IMG/VR virus record: IMGVR_UViG_3300036770_005287
Location: 21,033 to 85,032 of that record
Strand: one strand, 5' to 3'
Source of the DNA: a virus
DNA length: 64,000 bases
Shown: positions 18,384 to 27,806 of the stretch, piece after piece
Position numbering within the stretch: the stretch's first letter is position 1
How the letters are laid out: every line of letters starts with the position of its first letter
The notes under the pieces: generated by a model
What the model was told of the DNA's origin: nothing
What the model saw: only the letters and a program-made list of their open reading frames with translations
Databases searched by the model: none
Translations under genes and position numbers: made by a program

Positions 18384-18398
18384 TTATCCTAACGTTGA
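18384..18398 (-). promoter_or_regulatory. Asymmetric operator motif overlapping RBS
   Basis: TCAACGTTAGGATAA just before GTG at 18377. Confidence 0.7.
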
Positions 18399-18464
18399 AC
18401 AGGCTTTAATTATGACAAAGTGTTACGGGTAACGCAAAGAGATTTAACTTAATCCGGTTGCGAG

Positions 18465-18809
18465 TTGCGCAACTTGCACCAATTTGATATATTGAAACCG
18501 TCCAGTGAGGACTCGGATAAACAGGAGGTGGTATTGCAGGTAGTGTTAAAGCCTGGCACTGAAGAATCGACACGACGCGCATTGCGTGAAATGTCACAGT
18601 CAGCGGCGCAGAAAGTGACTGAAGTAATGCAGATTTTAAGCAAGTCTGTTTCACTTCAGGAGGCCAAAAAGGCCCTTTTGGGCGATATGGCCATAGATGG
18701 TGAGTCATTCAGCATTTTGATTAAAGAAAATTTCCAGTTTGTAGTTGCGGGAATTCTCGGGCAGGAACAAGACGATTTGCTGATAGTTGAGGTTAAGGCC
18801 TACAACTAG
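18465..18809 (+). CDS. Possible divergent HigB/RelE-like protein
   Basis: C-terminus FSILIKENFQFV...LLIVEVKAYN resembles the HigB end; upstream of a HigA-like gene; start uncertain. Confidence 0.4.
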   Translation: MRNLHQFDILKPSSEDSDKQEVVLQVVLKPGTEESTRRALREMSQSAAQKVTEVMQILSKSVSLQEAKKALLGDMAIDGESFSILIKENFQFVVAGILGQEQDDLLIVEVKAYN

Positions 18810-18865
18810 CCTCGGGCGGCGCGCTGGGACACCGGCGCCAACCCTTAATCATTAGGAATTACATT

Positions 18866-19168
18866 ATGAACACATCATTCGTGACACTTGAACAGCTGCG
18901 CAGCGAAGGCTTAATTGGGGCGCCGCTTGGCGTCGGCTATCATATCGATCAGTTTATTCGCCGCTTGGGCCTGACCAAAGAAGAGGCCGCAAAACGTATT
19001 GGCGTATCAAAATCAACCATCACCCGCGTTGTGAATGGCGATTCACAGTTATCAGTAGAGCTGAGCGCAAAGCTGAAGCAACACTTAGACGCCCCCGTCG
19101 AGCTATTTTTCAGAATCGACGCAGAGGCCAAGGCCTACCAGGTAGATCAAATGCTGAAAACGACATGA
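18866..19168 (+). CDS. HigA-like XRE antitoxin
   Basis: LGLTKEEAAKRIGVSKSTITRVVNG...LSVELSAKL. Confidence 0.75.
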   Translation: MNTSFVTLEQLRSEGLIGAPLGVGYHIDQFIRRLGLTKEEAAKRIGVSKSTITRVVNGDSQLSVELSAKLKQHLDAPVELFFRIDAEAKAYQVDQMLKTT

Positions 19169-19194
19169 AAAAGCCCGGCGATTGCCGGGCTTTT
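19169..19194. terminator. Bidirectional terminator
   Basis: AAAAGCCCGGCGATTGCCGGGCTTTT. Confidence 0.8.
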
Positions 19195-19200
19195 CTTTGA

Positions 19201-19569
19201 TTAGACAACCAGTATATCCGGGTTATCGCCATCACCTTTTAGTAAAATTGGCTCTGACTTCACCGGATTCAATTCTTGACCAATATCCAACGAAACATCA
19301 CAAGTAATTAGATCGCCACTCTTCATATCCATCCCTGCATAGTTGAAAGGTAAGTACATTAAAGGATTGCCGGAACTTACATCTATCACACCAATGTTGG
19401 CGTTCAGACTTATGATTGCTCTGTCAAGCAACTCTAAAACAAAGCCATTTTCCTTTGTTGTAAGCGTTGCACTCGCCTTTACGCCGGAGCCGAGATCCAG
19501 ATATACAGGCAATTTGTCATATTCCGGCAAGCTAAAAAGTTTCTTCATTGCTTCAGTTGCCACTGGCAT
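19201..19569 (-). CDS. Hypothetical protein
   Basis: 122-aa ORF with GGAGGGG RBS. Confidence 0.65.
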   Translation of the reverse strand: MPVATEAMKKLFSLPEYDKLPVYLDLGSGVKASATLTTKENGFVLELLDRAIISLNANIGVIDVSSGNPLMYLPFNYAGMDMKSGDLITCDVSLDIGQELNPVKSEPILLKGDGDNPDILVV

Positions 19570-19592
19570 AGCAGCCCCTCCCTATATTGCTT

Positions 19593-19877
19593 TTAATCCG
19601 CACCAACCAGCTGGCAAGAATGTTTTATTTCAATACCCGGCATATTGGCCCGCAATCCATCTGCAAAGTCATCACAAGCCTTTTTGGTGGCAAATGCCAA
19701 CCGGGCAGTGTCCGCATCAATAGCAACGCCGGTTCCCATCTTCACTGCAGCATAGACAACGCTCAGGATCCATCGTTCTGACGTTGGCGGCTCAGGCCAG
19801 TTGCCTGGATTGTCGCCACGGGCAAAAGCCGCCAGCGGGAATAACGTTAATAGCAGTAAGCGTTTAGTTGTCTTCAT
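19593..19877 (-). CDS. Small exported protein
   Basis: MKTTKRLLLLTLFPLAAFA signal peptide; two Cys. Confidence 0.6.
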   Translation of the reverse strand: MKTTKRLLLLTLFPLAAFARGDNPGNWPEPPTSERWILSVVYAAVKMGTGVAIDADTARLAFATKKACDDFADGLRANMPGIEIKHSCQLVGAD

Positions 19878-20229
19878 CTGCCCTGCTTTCGGCTGCGAAA
19901 TATTGCTTTTGCTCAACATTAGTAATGCCCCAGCAACCAATCTGAACATGCTTGTCCGCCCATGCCTTAATCAACTCCAAAAGCTCGGATTCACCTTCTT
20001 CGCTGACGTGAAGGTTTCCATTGGCAAGATCACCAACTTCTTCTGACAAGCCCTCATCAAGATTTTCCAGCACATAGGTAACGACGATATCACTAAGCAA
20101 AGCTGATGCTTTAATGTCTTTTCGCTCTCCCTGGTAATAGATATCACCGTCTGAAAGCCCAAGGGCGCCCACGTCCTCAGCGTTAAACAATTCACCATCT
20201 GTGCTGTAGTACAAGTCTTTATCTGCCAT
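19864..20229 (-). CDS. Acidic hypothetical phage protein
   Basis: 121 aa, AAGGA RBS. Confidence 0.7.
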   Translation of the reverse strand: MADKDLYYSTDGELFNAEDVGALGLSDGDIYYQGERKDIKASALLSDIVVTYVLENLDEGLSEEVGDLANGNLHVSEEGESELLELIKAWADKHVQIGCWGITNVEQKQYFAAESRADEDN

Positions 20230-20240
20230 GACGATTCCTT

Positions 20241-20465
20241 TTAAAACTTTTCATGCTGCTGAACACCTCTTTTAAGGCCTAATGAATCACGCACCGCATT
20301 CAACTCTGCGCAACAGTGCCTGGCAACCTGCCCGGTAACGCTGTCATTTTCCAACACTGTTTTCTCAATGCTGTTTAAAGCCGCTTCAACATCGGCCAAA
20401 TCTGAAATTGAGTAGGTGACAGACTTAGCTGTAGGATTAATACGCATCTTAGAATGTTTCTCCAT
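20241..20465 (-). CDS. Hypothetical protein
   Basis: ORF in co-directional early operon. Confidence 0.5.
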   Translation of the reverse strand: MEKHSKMRINPTAKSVTYSISDLADVEAALNSIEKTVLENDSVTGQVARHCCAELNAVRDSLGLKRGVQQHEKF

Positions 20466-20480
20466 AACTCTTTGCTATTT

Positions 20481-20900
20481 TCAATGTTTGTCATTTCCTT
20501 TGATTGCTGTGAACCGCTCATACGTGATCCGCTGCCAGCTCTCTGACGCATCGACATCATTGCTACAGCAGTGAACCCCCTGCAGGCCAAACGCGGCTGC
20601 ATCCCATGGCATTTGTGTAGTGCCCTGGCAGGCTGAACACTGAAAGTAAACAAAGTTGCTAGGCGGGCATTCGCCATTGTGTGCATCACCACAAATCAGG
20701 CAATGCGGCAACCAGGTAAAGTCCGGGTACTTCCCGCGCAGCTGCCAGCCAATGCCTGCAGGCTCAATCGGGATAGGTGGCATCACTGATACACACTTTT
20801 CGCAATAGGTTCGATATCCGCCAGCATTGTTCTCTGTGATTTCAACAGAACAACCAGGGCAGCGAACCACATACGGAAACTTGAATAAATTTTCAGACAT
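20481..20900 (-). CDS. Cys-rich (Zn-binding) hypothetical protein
   Basis: Multiple CxxC motifs. Confidence 0.6.
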   Translation of the reverse strand: MSENLFKFPYVVRCPGCSVEITENNAGGYRTYCEKCVSVMPPIPIEPAGIGWQLRGKYPDFTWLPHCLICGDAHNGECPPSNFVYFQCSACQGTTQMPWDAAAFGLQGVHCCSNDVDASESWQRITYERFTAIKGNDKH

Positions 20901-20902
20901 TA

Positions 20903-21280
20903 CTATGCCTCCCGGCCTTTTCTTAGCCCTTGCCTAAAGCGCATTCGCTCAATGATTTGCACAAGCTCATCCCGCGCCAACTCCGCATCAAATTGCGCAT
21001 CCATGAGTTTATTCAGGTCCTTGCGCATAATTGTCAGTAGCGCCTTTTCTTTCTCCACCAGCTCATCAAGGCGGGCTACATTCTCTTTTGTGTATTTGCC
21101 AAGCGCTGTCTGAACTATCTGCTTTGCCTCCTGGCGCAGCGCTATCAGGTCAGATCCAACACTCATCCTGGCGTCACACTCGGCTTTTGCTTTTTGGGCG
21201 CGCCTGGTAAATGCCGGCAATTCTTTTTCCAGAATGCTGAGCACCAAATCATCGCCTCTCAACGGCTCTTTACTGCGCAT
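20903..21280 (-). CDS. Hypothetical coiled-coil protein
   Basis: Start taken at MRSKEPL. Confidence 0.6.
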   Translation of the reverse strand: MRSKEPLRGDDLVLSILEKELPAFTRRAQKAKAECDARMSVGSDLIALRQEAKQIVQTALGKYTKENVARLDELVEKEKALLTIMRKDLNKLMDAQFDAELARDELVQIIERMRFRQGLRKGREA

Positions 21281-21474
21281 GATGCGGCCCCTTTGACACT
21301 CAGCCAGCCAATAAAAGCCGCCAGCGATATCACTATCAGCAACCAAAAAGCACCTACGACAACGCCTTCAACAGCATCCCGCCAGCGCCGGCCCTGCGAA
21401 TCAAACACAAAGCCGGCAATCAGTAGCGCGATAACTCCATAGGACCAGCAAAGCCAGGTAAACAAGTCGATCAC
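21259..21474 (-). CDS. Small membrane protein
   Basis: Two hydrophobic segments; coupled start. Confidence 0.5.
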   Translation of the reverse strand: MIDLFTWLCWSYGVIALLIAGFVFDSQGRRWRDAVEGVVVGAFWLLIVISLAAFIGWLSVKGAASCAVKSR

Positions 21475-21770
21475 TGCTTATCATCCTTTCGCCACCAGCC
21501 GCCAGTGACACAAAACCATACCCCTGCAACGATGATGCACATCAGTCGATACGGCGTAGTTATCCAATGCCACACGGTATGCAAAGCTGGCCCCAGCCGT
21601 GAAGGGCGATACCGCAAAGCACGCTCCCGGCTCAACGCTGCCAACGCATCTTTTTCACGGGCAACACTTTCCGCCAGCTCATCACAGGTCAGCGCGTGCA
21701 ACTCTGCGAGTGTCTGATACTGGCGTAGTAAACCGGCATAATCAGCCGCGGGTTCAAAATTCTTTCGCAT
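21471..21770 (-). CDS. Hypothetical protein with C-terminal TM
   Basis: Translationally coupled ORF. Confidence 0.55.
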   Translation of the reverse strand: MRKNFEPAADYAGLLRQYQTLAELHALTCDELAESVAREKDALAALSRERALRYRPSRLGPALHTVWHWITTPYRLMCIIVAGVWFCVTGGWWRKDDKQ

Positions 21771-22000
21771 TATCCAGCTCCTAGCGCCAGTTCAGATGTT
21801 TCAGGCAGTACTTTGACGACCTTGTATTTGCTCTTGCCAATTTCCTTCTGAGCGTGCTCACCTTCGATAATGCGACACCCAAACGGGGCTGAGCGGGCAA
21901 TCAGCTTTTCGCCTTTTACCATGCCATCCCAGTCAGCCAACATGACAATCCGAACTCTTGTACTGCGCATAAATAAATCCCAACAAAAAAGGCCCATCAA
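21770..22000 (-). CDS. Hypothetical protein
   Basis: Coupled ORF; start may be near 21970. Confidence 0.5.
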   Translation of the reverse strand: MMGLFCWDLFMRSTRVRIVMLADWDGMVKGEKLIARSAPFGCRIIEGEHAQKEIGKSKYKVVKVLPETSELALGAG

Positions 22001-22021
22001 AGGGCCACGTATGCCTAACCG

Positions 22022-22258
22022 TTAGAGCTTGATAACCCGATAGCCCCGCTCACTGCCATGCCAGTGGATCCGACGCATTTTGCTCACAACTGGCGCCTGA
22101 CCGCGCAGCGGTTCGTTTGCGTCAACAGCTGGCGCGCAATTACTGCAGCTGGCCTTTAACTGTCTCAGCGCCTCACTGAAGCCAGCGCCGGTTGTTCTGA
22201 ATGTGAATGATTTGCCCGCTTTGATAGCATCCGCTATCATGCCAACTGTATTGCTCAT
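22022..22258 (-). CDS. Hypothetical protein
   Basis: AGGAG RBS. Confidence 0.55.
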   Translation of the reverse strand: MSNTVGMIADAIKAGKSFTFRTTGAGFSEALRQLKASCSNCAPAVDANEPLRGQAPVVSKMRRIHWHGSERGYRVIKL

Positions 22259-22341
22259 GTAAGCTCCTAAGTCTGCCCGACTTGTTTATTGTGACGATAC
22301 GCGCCCTACGGCAGTTACCAGCTGCTGTAGGGCAACACCTT

Positions 22342-22608
22342 TCAAATGCCGTTATCCGGCAATCTCTTGCGCTCCACGCTGTTTAAGCTACTCATTAATC
22401 GACTGAAATACGCTTTTCTGTATTCATCTAATTCGCCAGAATCACGCAGCTCATTGAACCGATTTACACTGTAAATCCCTTTAGATTCAATTAGTTCCTT
22501 GGTGAATTGCTCAACGTTTGGCTTAAAGGCCTGAAACCCTGCTTTCATCCAATCAGCGATAGCCAACACGACTTGTTTTTGCTCTTCACTCAGCGGTTGC
22601 TGTGCCAT
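22342..22608 (-). CDS. Hypothetical protein, first gene of early operon
   Basis: AGGA RBS within operator motif; contains a parS-like palindrome. Confidence 0.6.
   Translation of the reverse strand: MAQQPLSEEQKQVVLAIADWMKAGFQAFKPNVEQFTKELIESKGIYSVNRFNELRDSGELDEYRKAYFSRLMSSLNSVERKRLPDNGI
22461..22477. other. parS-like palindrome GATTTACACTGTAAATC
   Basis: Perfect 8-1-8 inverted repeat; 5 copies in window. Confidence 0.7.
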
Positions 22609-22611
22609 TGT

Positions 22612-22626
22612 TTATCCTAACGTTAA
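22612..22626 (-). promoter_or_regulatory. Asymmetric operator motif overlapping RBS
   Basis: TTAACGTTAGGATAA-ACA-ATG. Confidence 0.7.
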
Positions 22627-22764
22627 TAACGCTTAATAATGGAATGTTTTTAAATTAGTTACTTTCGACGTGCAATGCAAGGAATATTTCAATACTTTTT
22701 GGTGCTTTCTCCTGTTTTTTATGGAATGATGCTAATTGTATAGAGGCAGACAACGGGAACTACC

Positions 22765-23949
22765 ATGAAAAATCCGATTAATACCCTTCAAACACTGCGC
22801 GATATCGGCGCACGCATCAAAGGCGTTGTGTCCTGGAATCGTGAATCGACGTTATTAGACGCCGCCAGCCCCACCGGCAAGTTTATGCGGCACTACAACC
22901 AGGCTGAAGCCATCCGGGCAACAGGCTGCCATGAAAAGAATATCGGGGAATACTGCGCAAAGCTCGATATTGATCCGCGGGATGGTCAGCGCTGGCGGAT
23001 AAACCTGGCAGACGTGCAACGGATCCGCCAGCTGGTGAATGGCAAAAACTTTAAGCGCGCAGCGGACCAGGAATTGGCTGTTATCACAGTCAGTAGCCTC
23101 AAAGGCGGAGCCAGCAAAACAGTTTCATCTGTCACCCTGGCAACAGGCCTTGCTACTGAATGCCTGGCAAACTACCGGATAGGCGTGATTGACTTAGATC
23201 CGCAATCCACAGCAACAGCCATTTTAAACCCGCTGGCGGATGAGACTTATATTTCAGTGGGCGACCTGATGATGGACGCCGTTGAGCTCGATGCCGGTGA
23301 AACCTTCGAGGATGCATGCCGGCACGCATTTGTAGAAACCAATGTGCCGAATCTGCGCTTGCTGCCGGCCAAAGACAGCGACCGCGAATATGAGCTACTG
23401 GCAGAAGAGCGCAAGATGAAGGGCCATTATGTAGCGTATAAGGACCTGCAGCGCATCATTGACGCCGTTGCTGATGACTTTGACATCATCATTATTGATA
23501 CGTCACCACAATTCAGCACAGCAACGCTATCTGCGCACTACGTTGCCAACAGTCTGATCATTCCGTTAAAGCCTACAGAGAACGACCGGGACGCAACACA
23601 CAAGTACCTGCAGTACCTGGCACAGATGTATGAGCTGTTAGCAGGCCTTGGCCATCCCGGCTATGACAGCGTGCGTATTCTGCTGAGCTGTATCAGAAGC
23701 AACAGCGCCACTATCCGAGCCATTGCCAATGAGATCCGGGGCGTTTTGGGCTCACACTGCTTTACCACTGAAATTCCAGAGTCTGAGGCCGTACTAACAT
23801 GCGCAAAACAGTACTGTACGGTCTTTGATTTAAGCCCGCACGAATACACCCCATTTGGCAGCCGGCGCACGCTCACCGACGCACAGGAACGATTTGGTGA
23901 ACTGGTGAAAGAAGTCGAAGCCACGTTGCAGAAAAAATGGGGGCTCTGA
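22765..23949 (+). CDS. parA: Type Ia ParA/SopA partition ATPase
   Basis: KGGASKT Walker A, IDLDPQ, IIIDTSP; 394 aa with N-terminal HTH. Confidence 0.93.
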   Translation: MKNPINTLQTLRDIGARIKGVVSWNRESTLLDAASPTGKFMRHYNQAEAIRATGCHEKNIGEYCAKLDIDPRDGQRWRINLADVQRIRQLVNGKNFKRAADQELAVITVSSLKGGASKTVSSVTLATGLATECLANYRIGVIDLDPQSTATAILNPLADETYISVGDLMMDAVELDAGETFEDACRHAFVETNVPNLRLLPAKDSDREYELLAEERKMKGHYVAYKDLQRIIDAVADDFDIIIIDTSPQFSTATLSAHYVANSLIIPLKPTENDRDATHKYLQYLAQMYELLAGLGHPGYDSVRILLSCIRSNSATIRAIANEIRGVLGSHCFTTEIPESEAVLTCAKQYCTVFDLSPHEYTPFGSRRTLTDAQERFGELVKEVEATLQKKWGL

Positions 23950-24563
23950 TGGATAAGTTCTATTTGCGCGACACAAGGACCAACCTTGGCAGCAATGCCA
24001 TGTTTTGGGCCATCAAAGGCAGCTATACGTCTGATGTGCTCAATGCTGAAGTGTTCGACCGGGAAAGAGCGCTGCGCCAACACGAAAGCCGCAGCACCGA
24101 TTTGCCGGTGCCGGTGGAAAGCATTACGCCGCACCTGCGCACCCGGTTTGATATGCAGTCTTTACCCGATGAGGCAACAAGTGAAGGTCTTTGCGTCCTG
24201 ATTGATATGGGCCGCTTTGACGGCAACGACTGCTGTTTTATGAAAGCGGACGGCACTTTCACCTATGACTTTGACCTGGCGCTGCGCACCCCATACGCCA
24301 ATGCTAAAGCGCTCACCGCCAACTATGAGAACCAGCGGATACGCATCTATCACGTTGATAGCCTTTTGAACTGGCTGCGCAAATCCGTTGCTTACAAACA
24401 CTGTGACGCGGCTGAAATGGCAAAAGCTGGCAACTACCAGCTGAAACAGCCGGAAAAGGTGAAAATGCGCCGTGAAACGTTCAATTGCGTGCAATGCGGC
24501 AAATTCATCAGCGAATCAGAATTCTACCAGGGCTGCAAAAAATGCGGCGCATCGAATTACTAA
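23949..24563 (+). CDS. Phage protein with C-terminal Zn ribbon, between parA and parB
   Basis: TGATG coupling to parA; CVQC...CKKC. Confidence 0.7.
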   Translation: MDKFYLRDTRTNLGSNAMFWAIKGSYTSDVLNAEVFDRERALRQHESRSTDLPVPVESITPHLRTRFDMQSLPDEATSEGLCVLIDMGRFDGNDCCFMKADGTFTYDFDLALRTPYANAKALTANYENQRIRIYHVDSLLNWLRKSVAYKHCDAAEMAKAGNYQLKQPEKVKMRRETFNCVQCGKFISESEFYQGCKKCGASNY

Positions 24564-24572
24564 GGGCAGACT

Positions 24573-25562
24573 ATGAAAGCACCACAAAGAAGTAAGCCGG
24601 TTTTCCGGGGGCTGAGCACAGATCAGCTTGAACACGCACAGCAACAAGCATCATCACTAATGCCATTTATCCGGCTGCCAGTGCGCGGCCTCATGCTGCA
24701 ATTTGAGCTGGTGACGATTGAGCATGCCGACATCGATACAGCTACCGTTGTCGATGATGAGAACTACCGGGATCAGCAACTGCTAAACGCCTACAGCCTG
24801 TCAGACATTCTGCCATCGCTGGCGGATGACGGTCAGCAATTCCCAGGCTTTGGCTATCGCACTGAAAGCGGCGTGATTAAGGTTGTGGACGGCAGCCGGC
24901 GCCGGGCTGGTTGTAAGCTCACCGGCCGGCCATACCTGGTATACGTTGCTAAAGAAGAGATCTCACCGGAGGACGTGCGCCACGTCAGCAAAATTGCCAA
25001 CATCAGCAAGGCGCTATCCCTGTATGAGCGCGGCGCTATGTATCAGGCCATGCTGGCGGACGGTCTTTATCCGGACAACAAAAGCCTGGCTATCGCTGAG
25101 AACGAAAACGAATCGACGGTCAGTCTGGCACTGCAGATCCGACGTTTTATCCCGGCGCAGTGGGTTCAATTCGCCCCGAGCGTCTACGACCTTGGCAGGC
25201 CCGCCTGGCAAACGCTGATTAAATACAGCCAGTCTGACAGCATCAAAACGGCAATCAGCCAATACCTGGCCTGTTTTGAAAGCCCGGACCAGTATTTTGC
25301 TACGCTCAAAAATGATGCAGACACCCCAGCCGCCAGCATGGCTGCCATGAATAAGCAGTTTATGGATAGCCTGGCTGCGCAGATTGTTCACAACAAGCCA
25401 AAAGCTGCCCCGCCAGCCATCCTGGCATCTAAGGGCAAATCTACGGCCGTCGTGCTCAAATCATCCGCCAGCGGCTTTACCGTCAAGATAGACGGCATTG
25501 ACGATAAGACACGGGAAAAGCTCGAATTAGCTATTCAGAGCGTGATCCAGGGCACTAAATAG
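24573..25562 (+). CDS. parB: ParB/SopB centromere-binding protein
   Basis: GQQFP...VVDGSRRR ParB arginine patch; LSLYERG. Confidence 0.92.
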   Translation: MKAPQRSKPVFRGLSTDQLEHAQQQASSLMPFIRLPVRGLMLQFELVTIEHADIDTATVVDDENYRDQQLLNAYSLSDILPSLADDGQQFPGFGYRTESGVIKVVDGSRRRAGCKLTGRPYLVYVAKEEISPEDVRHVSKIANISKALSLYERGAMYQAMLADGLYPDNKSLAIAENENESTVSLALQIRRFIPAQWVQFAPSVYDLGRPAWQTLIKYSQSDSIKTAISQYLACFESPDQYFATLKNDADTPAASMAAMNKQFMDSLAAQIVHNKPKAAPPAILASKGKSTAVVLKSSASGFTVKIDGIDDKTREKLELAIQSVIQGTK

Positions 25563-25617
25563 CCCATTGGCCGGCCGGCAACGCCGGCTGGCCTTTTGCT
25601 TTTCAATCCATCTTAAA

Positions 25618-25632
25618 AAATACTAACGTTAA
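25618..25632 (-). promoter_or_regulatory. Operator motif variant TTAACGTTAGTATTT
   Basis: Upstream of orn. Confidence 0.5.
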
Positions 25633-25644
25633 ACAGGAATTATT

Positions 25645-26277
25645 ATGAGCACAGAAATCAGCGCCAGCTTACCGACTGATAAAGCGGCAGGTATGACCCT
25701 CTTATTCATCGACTTAGAGACTGGCGGCCTGTCTGGATTGCTGGATAACGGCCGCATGGGCTGTCAGTACTATCCGATTTTTCAAATAGCACTCATTGTC
25801 ACTGATCAGGAACTGCAAAAGATTGCCCCGCCTATGGTGATCCACGTCCACCAGACTGAGGAAATGATTGCGCGCTGCCACGAATGGGCCATTAATCAGC
25901 ACACAAAAACAGGCCTGCTCAAAGCGTCCCGCGAATCAGGCACTACCCTGGCTGAAGCGGAGGACACGATTATCGAATACCTTAAAGCCTTTGGCATTAA
26001 CGCGTATGACCGGGCATCGAAAATCGGCCCTGTCATGGCCGGCAACAGTATCACTCTGGACCGAATGTTTATCAGCGCGCAAATGCCAAAATTAGACGCA
26101 TACATGCATTACCGGCAAATAGATATCAGCTCAGTTGCTATGCTTGGCCGCGCCATGGGGAAAAACTTGTTAGAAGGCGTTGATAAACGCTATACGCACA
26201 ATGCGCTGGACGATATTGAAGAATGTTTGATTGAAGCCCGGCATTATTGCCGCACGCTGTTTAACGCAGAGATTTGA
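25645..26277 (+). CDS. orn: Oligoribonuclease (DEDDh)
   Basis: FIDLETGGL, HTKTGL, AGNSI..DRMFI, HYRQIDISS, HNALDDIEE. Confidence 0.88.
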   Translation: MSTEISASLPTDKAAGMTLLFIDLETGGLSGLLDNGRMGCQYYPIFQIALIVTDQELQKIAPPMVIHVHQTEEMIARCHEWAINQHTKTGLLKASRESGTTLAEAEDTIIEYLKAFGINAYDRASKIGPVMAGNSITLDRMFISAQMPKLDAYMHYRQIDISSVAMLGRAMGKNLLEGVDKRYTHNALDDIEECLIEARHYCRTLFNAEI

Positions 26278-26284
26278 ACCAATA

Positions 26285-26308
26285 AAAAAGGCCCGCAAGG
26301 GCCTCTTT
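26285..26308. terminator. Bidirectional terminator
   Basis: AAAAAGGCCCGCAAGGGCCTCTTT. Confidence 0.75.
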
Positions 26309-26309
26309 A

Positions 26310-26783
26310 CTATTTGTTATTCATGCTAGGAATGGTTAGTGCCGCTTGTAGAGCGTGTTCTAAGTTGCCAGCAGTCAGCGGACGCCAGGTGAAATCACCA
26401 TCAGTAACAGCCGCCTCATCTGCCTTGCAAGCGCAATCAATCCCGCGCTTATCCTCAGCCACCGGCATCCAGAAATTGCGCGTCAAAATCCGGTGGTTGT
26501 CTTCAAGTGCATCTTGCATACCAAACTGAGCCTGCACAAAGCGCGCCTCATCAGCACTGCAGCGCTTTACGTTGCCCGGCCGGCCTTTCGTCATTGATAT
26601 GTGATACTGCGGCCCTATAGCGGCCTCAGCCACTTCCACAGCACTAATCACCAATATCTTGTACTTCGGGTGATACCAAAACACGTTTGCATACCCGGTC
26701 CCCAGGTTTACGCCGTCTTTGAGCTGCTGCCACGCCGGGCTTATCGGCTTTTTGGGCTGAATGATTGAAATTACTTCTGTCAT
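26310..26783 (-). CDS. Hypothetical phage protein
   Basis: 157-aa coupled ORF. Confidence 0.65.
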   Translation of the reverse strand: MTEVISIIQPKKPISPAWQQLKDGVNLGTGYANVFWYHPKYKILVISAVEVAEAAIGPQYHISMTKGRPGNVKRCSADEARFVQAQFGMQDALEDNHRILTRNFWMPVAEDKRGIDCACKADEAAVTDGDFTWRPLTAGNLEHALQAALTIPSMNNK

Positions 26784-27190
26784 AGCGGGATATTGTCACT
26801 CAGTATTTGGCCGTAAACACAGCCGTTGATTTTGATTTGCGCCAGGCGCTCATTTGCATCAGCAAACGACTTCGCCCAGAAGTGAAATGACATCTTCCGG
26901 CCTTCGGCATCGATGTAATCCACGCCATACGTGAACCACATAGCCCCATTGTCATCCATAAACACCAGATTCGCGTCAGGTGCGTTTTGCTTCGCTTTAA
27001 AGCCGTCAATGCTCACCACGTTATCAAAATCGCCCTGGCACAATTCAACGGGCGCAGCATTAACGGCGCTGTTATGGTCCGCCAGCGCTGGCCCTTGATC
27101 CATTCGAAGCCGGCGCTCTAACAAGGCAATTCTTTCCTTCAAAGCCCTGTTCTCAGCGGCGTATTGTTCTATTGTTTCTGGCTGCATCAT
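26780..27190 (-). CDS. Hypothetical phage protein
   Basis: Start taken at MMQPET, overlapping upstream TGA. Confidence 0.6.
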   Translation of the reverse strand: MMQPETIEQYAAENRALKERIALLERRLRMDQGPALADHNSAVNAAPVELCQGDFDNVVSIDGFKAKQNAPDANLVFMDDNGAMWFTYGVDYIDAEGRKMSFHFWAKSFADANERLAQIKINGCVYGQILSDNIPL

Positions 27191-27345
27191 TCCAAACCAC
27201 CCTGACGCTTGATGGCTTTCATTATCAAAGACGCAGCAGCCCATATTTGCGTCGATACAAAGCCACATATAATGATGGGCGTTGAGGCCAAGTACACTCC
27301 GTAAAATAAGATTACCAATGATGCGTACATATTAAAATTAGCCAT
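27187..27345 (-). CDS. 52-aa hydrophobic protein not in the ORF track
   Basis: MANFNMYASLVILFYGVYLAST...GGLE*, coupled at both ends. Confidence 0.55.
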   Translation of the reverse strand: MANFNMYASLVILFYGVYLASTPIIICGFVSTQIWAAASLIMKAIKRQGGLE

Positions 27346-27806
27346 CACTCCACCCCCTTCCGAACCATGGCGGCATTGTGTTTAATCATCGACTCAGTAA
27401 TTATTTTTACTTTGTGATCTTCGCTGTATATGCACTTGCTCAGCAGCGACTCCAAAGCCTGCGCTTTGACTTCTCGCACACAATCCACAGGTACTGAGCA
27501 GTCAATAGTCTGCTCAGTTTGTGAAAATCCATCCGTTAACAAGCGCAGTTGCTCTATACCTTTATCCGTCACCATCAATACCTGGCGCCGGTAATCTGTT
27601 AAGTCTGGCAATGCACTCACCAATCCCATAGAACTAAGATGTGAAACCATGCGGCCAAGCGTAGATTTTGGCAGATTCTGCTTTGGCACTAAGTCAATCA
27701 GTGAAAGCCCACTATTCTGCTGCACCAGAGAAAGCACGTACCATTCGCGCACTGTCAAATTGCTATCGACCATCAGCGATAGGGCGTTGAGTATTGTTTT
27801 ATTCAT
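27345..27806 (-). CDS. MarR-like winged-helix protein
   Basis: LPKSTLGRMVSHL...GLV...DYRRQVLMVTDKG. Confidence 0.75.
   Translation of the reverse strand: MNKTILNALSLMVDSNLTVREWYVLSLVQQNSGLSLIDLVPKQNLPKSTLGRMVSHLSSMGLVSALPDLTDYRRQVLMVTDKGIEQLRLLTDGFSQTEQTIDCSVPVDCVREVKAQALESLLSKCIYSEDHKVKIITESMIKHNAAMVRKGVE

Noticed and set aside
19593-19877. GDNPGNWPEPP resembling the DDVPPGWPPT core
   Set aside because: Single low-complexity match in an unrelated Sec-exported protein; likely coincidence
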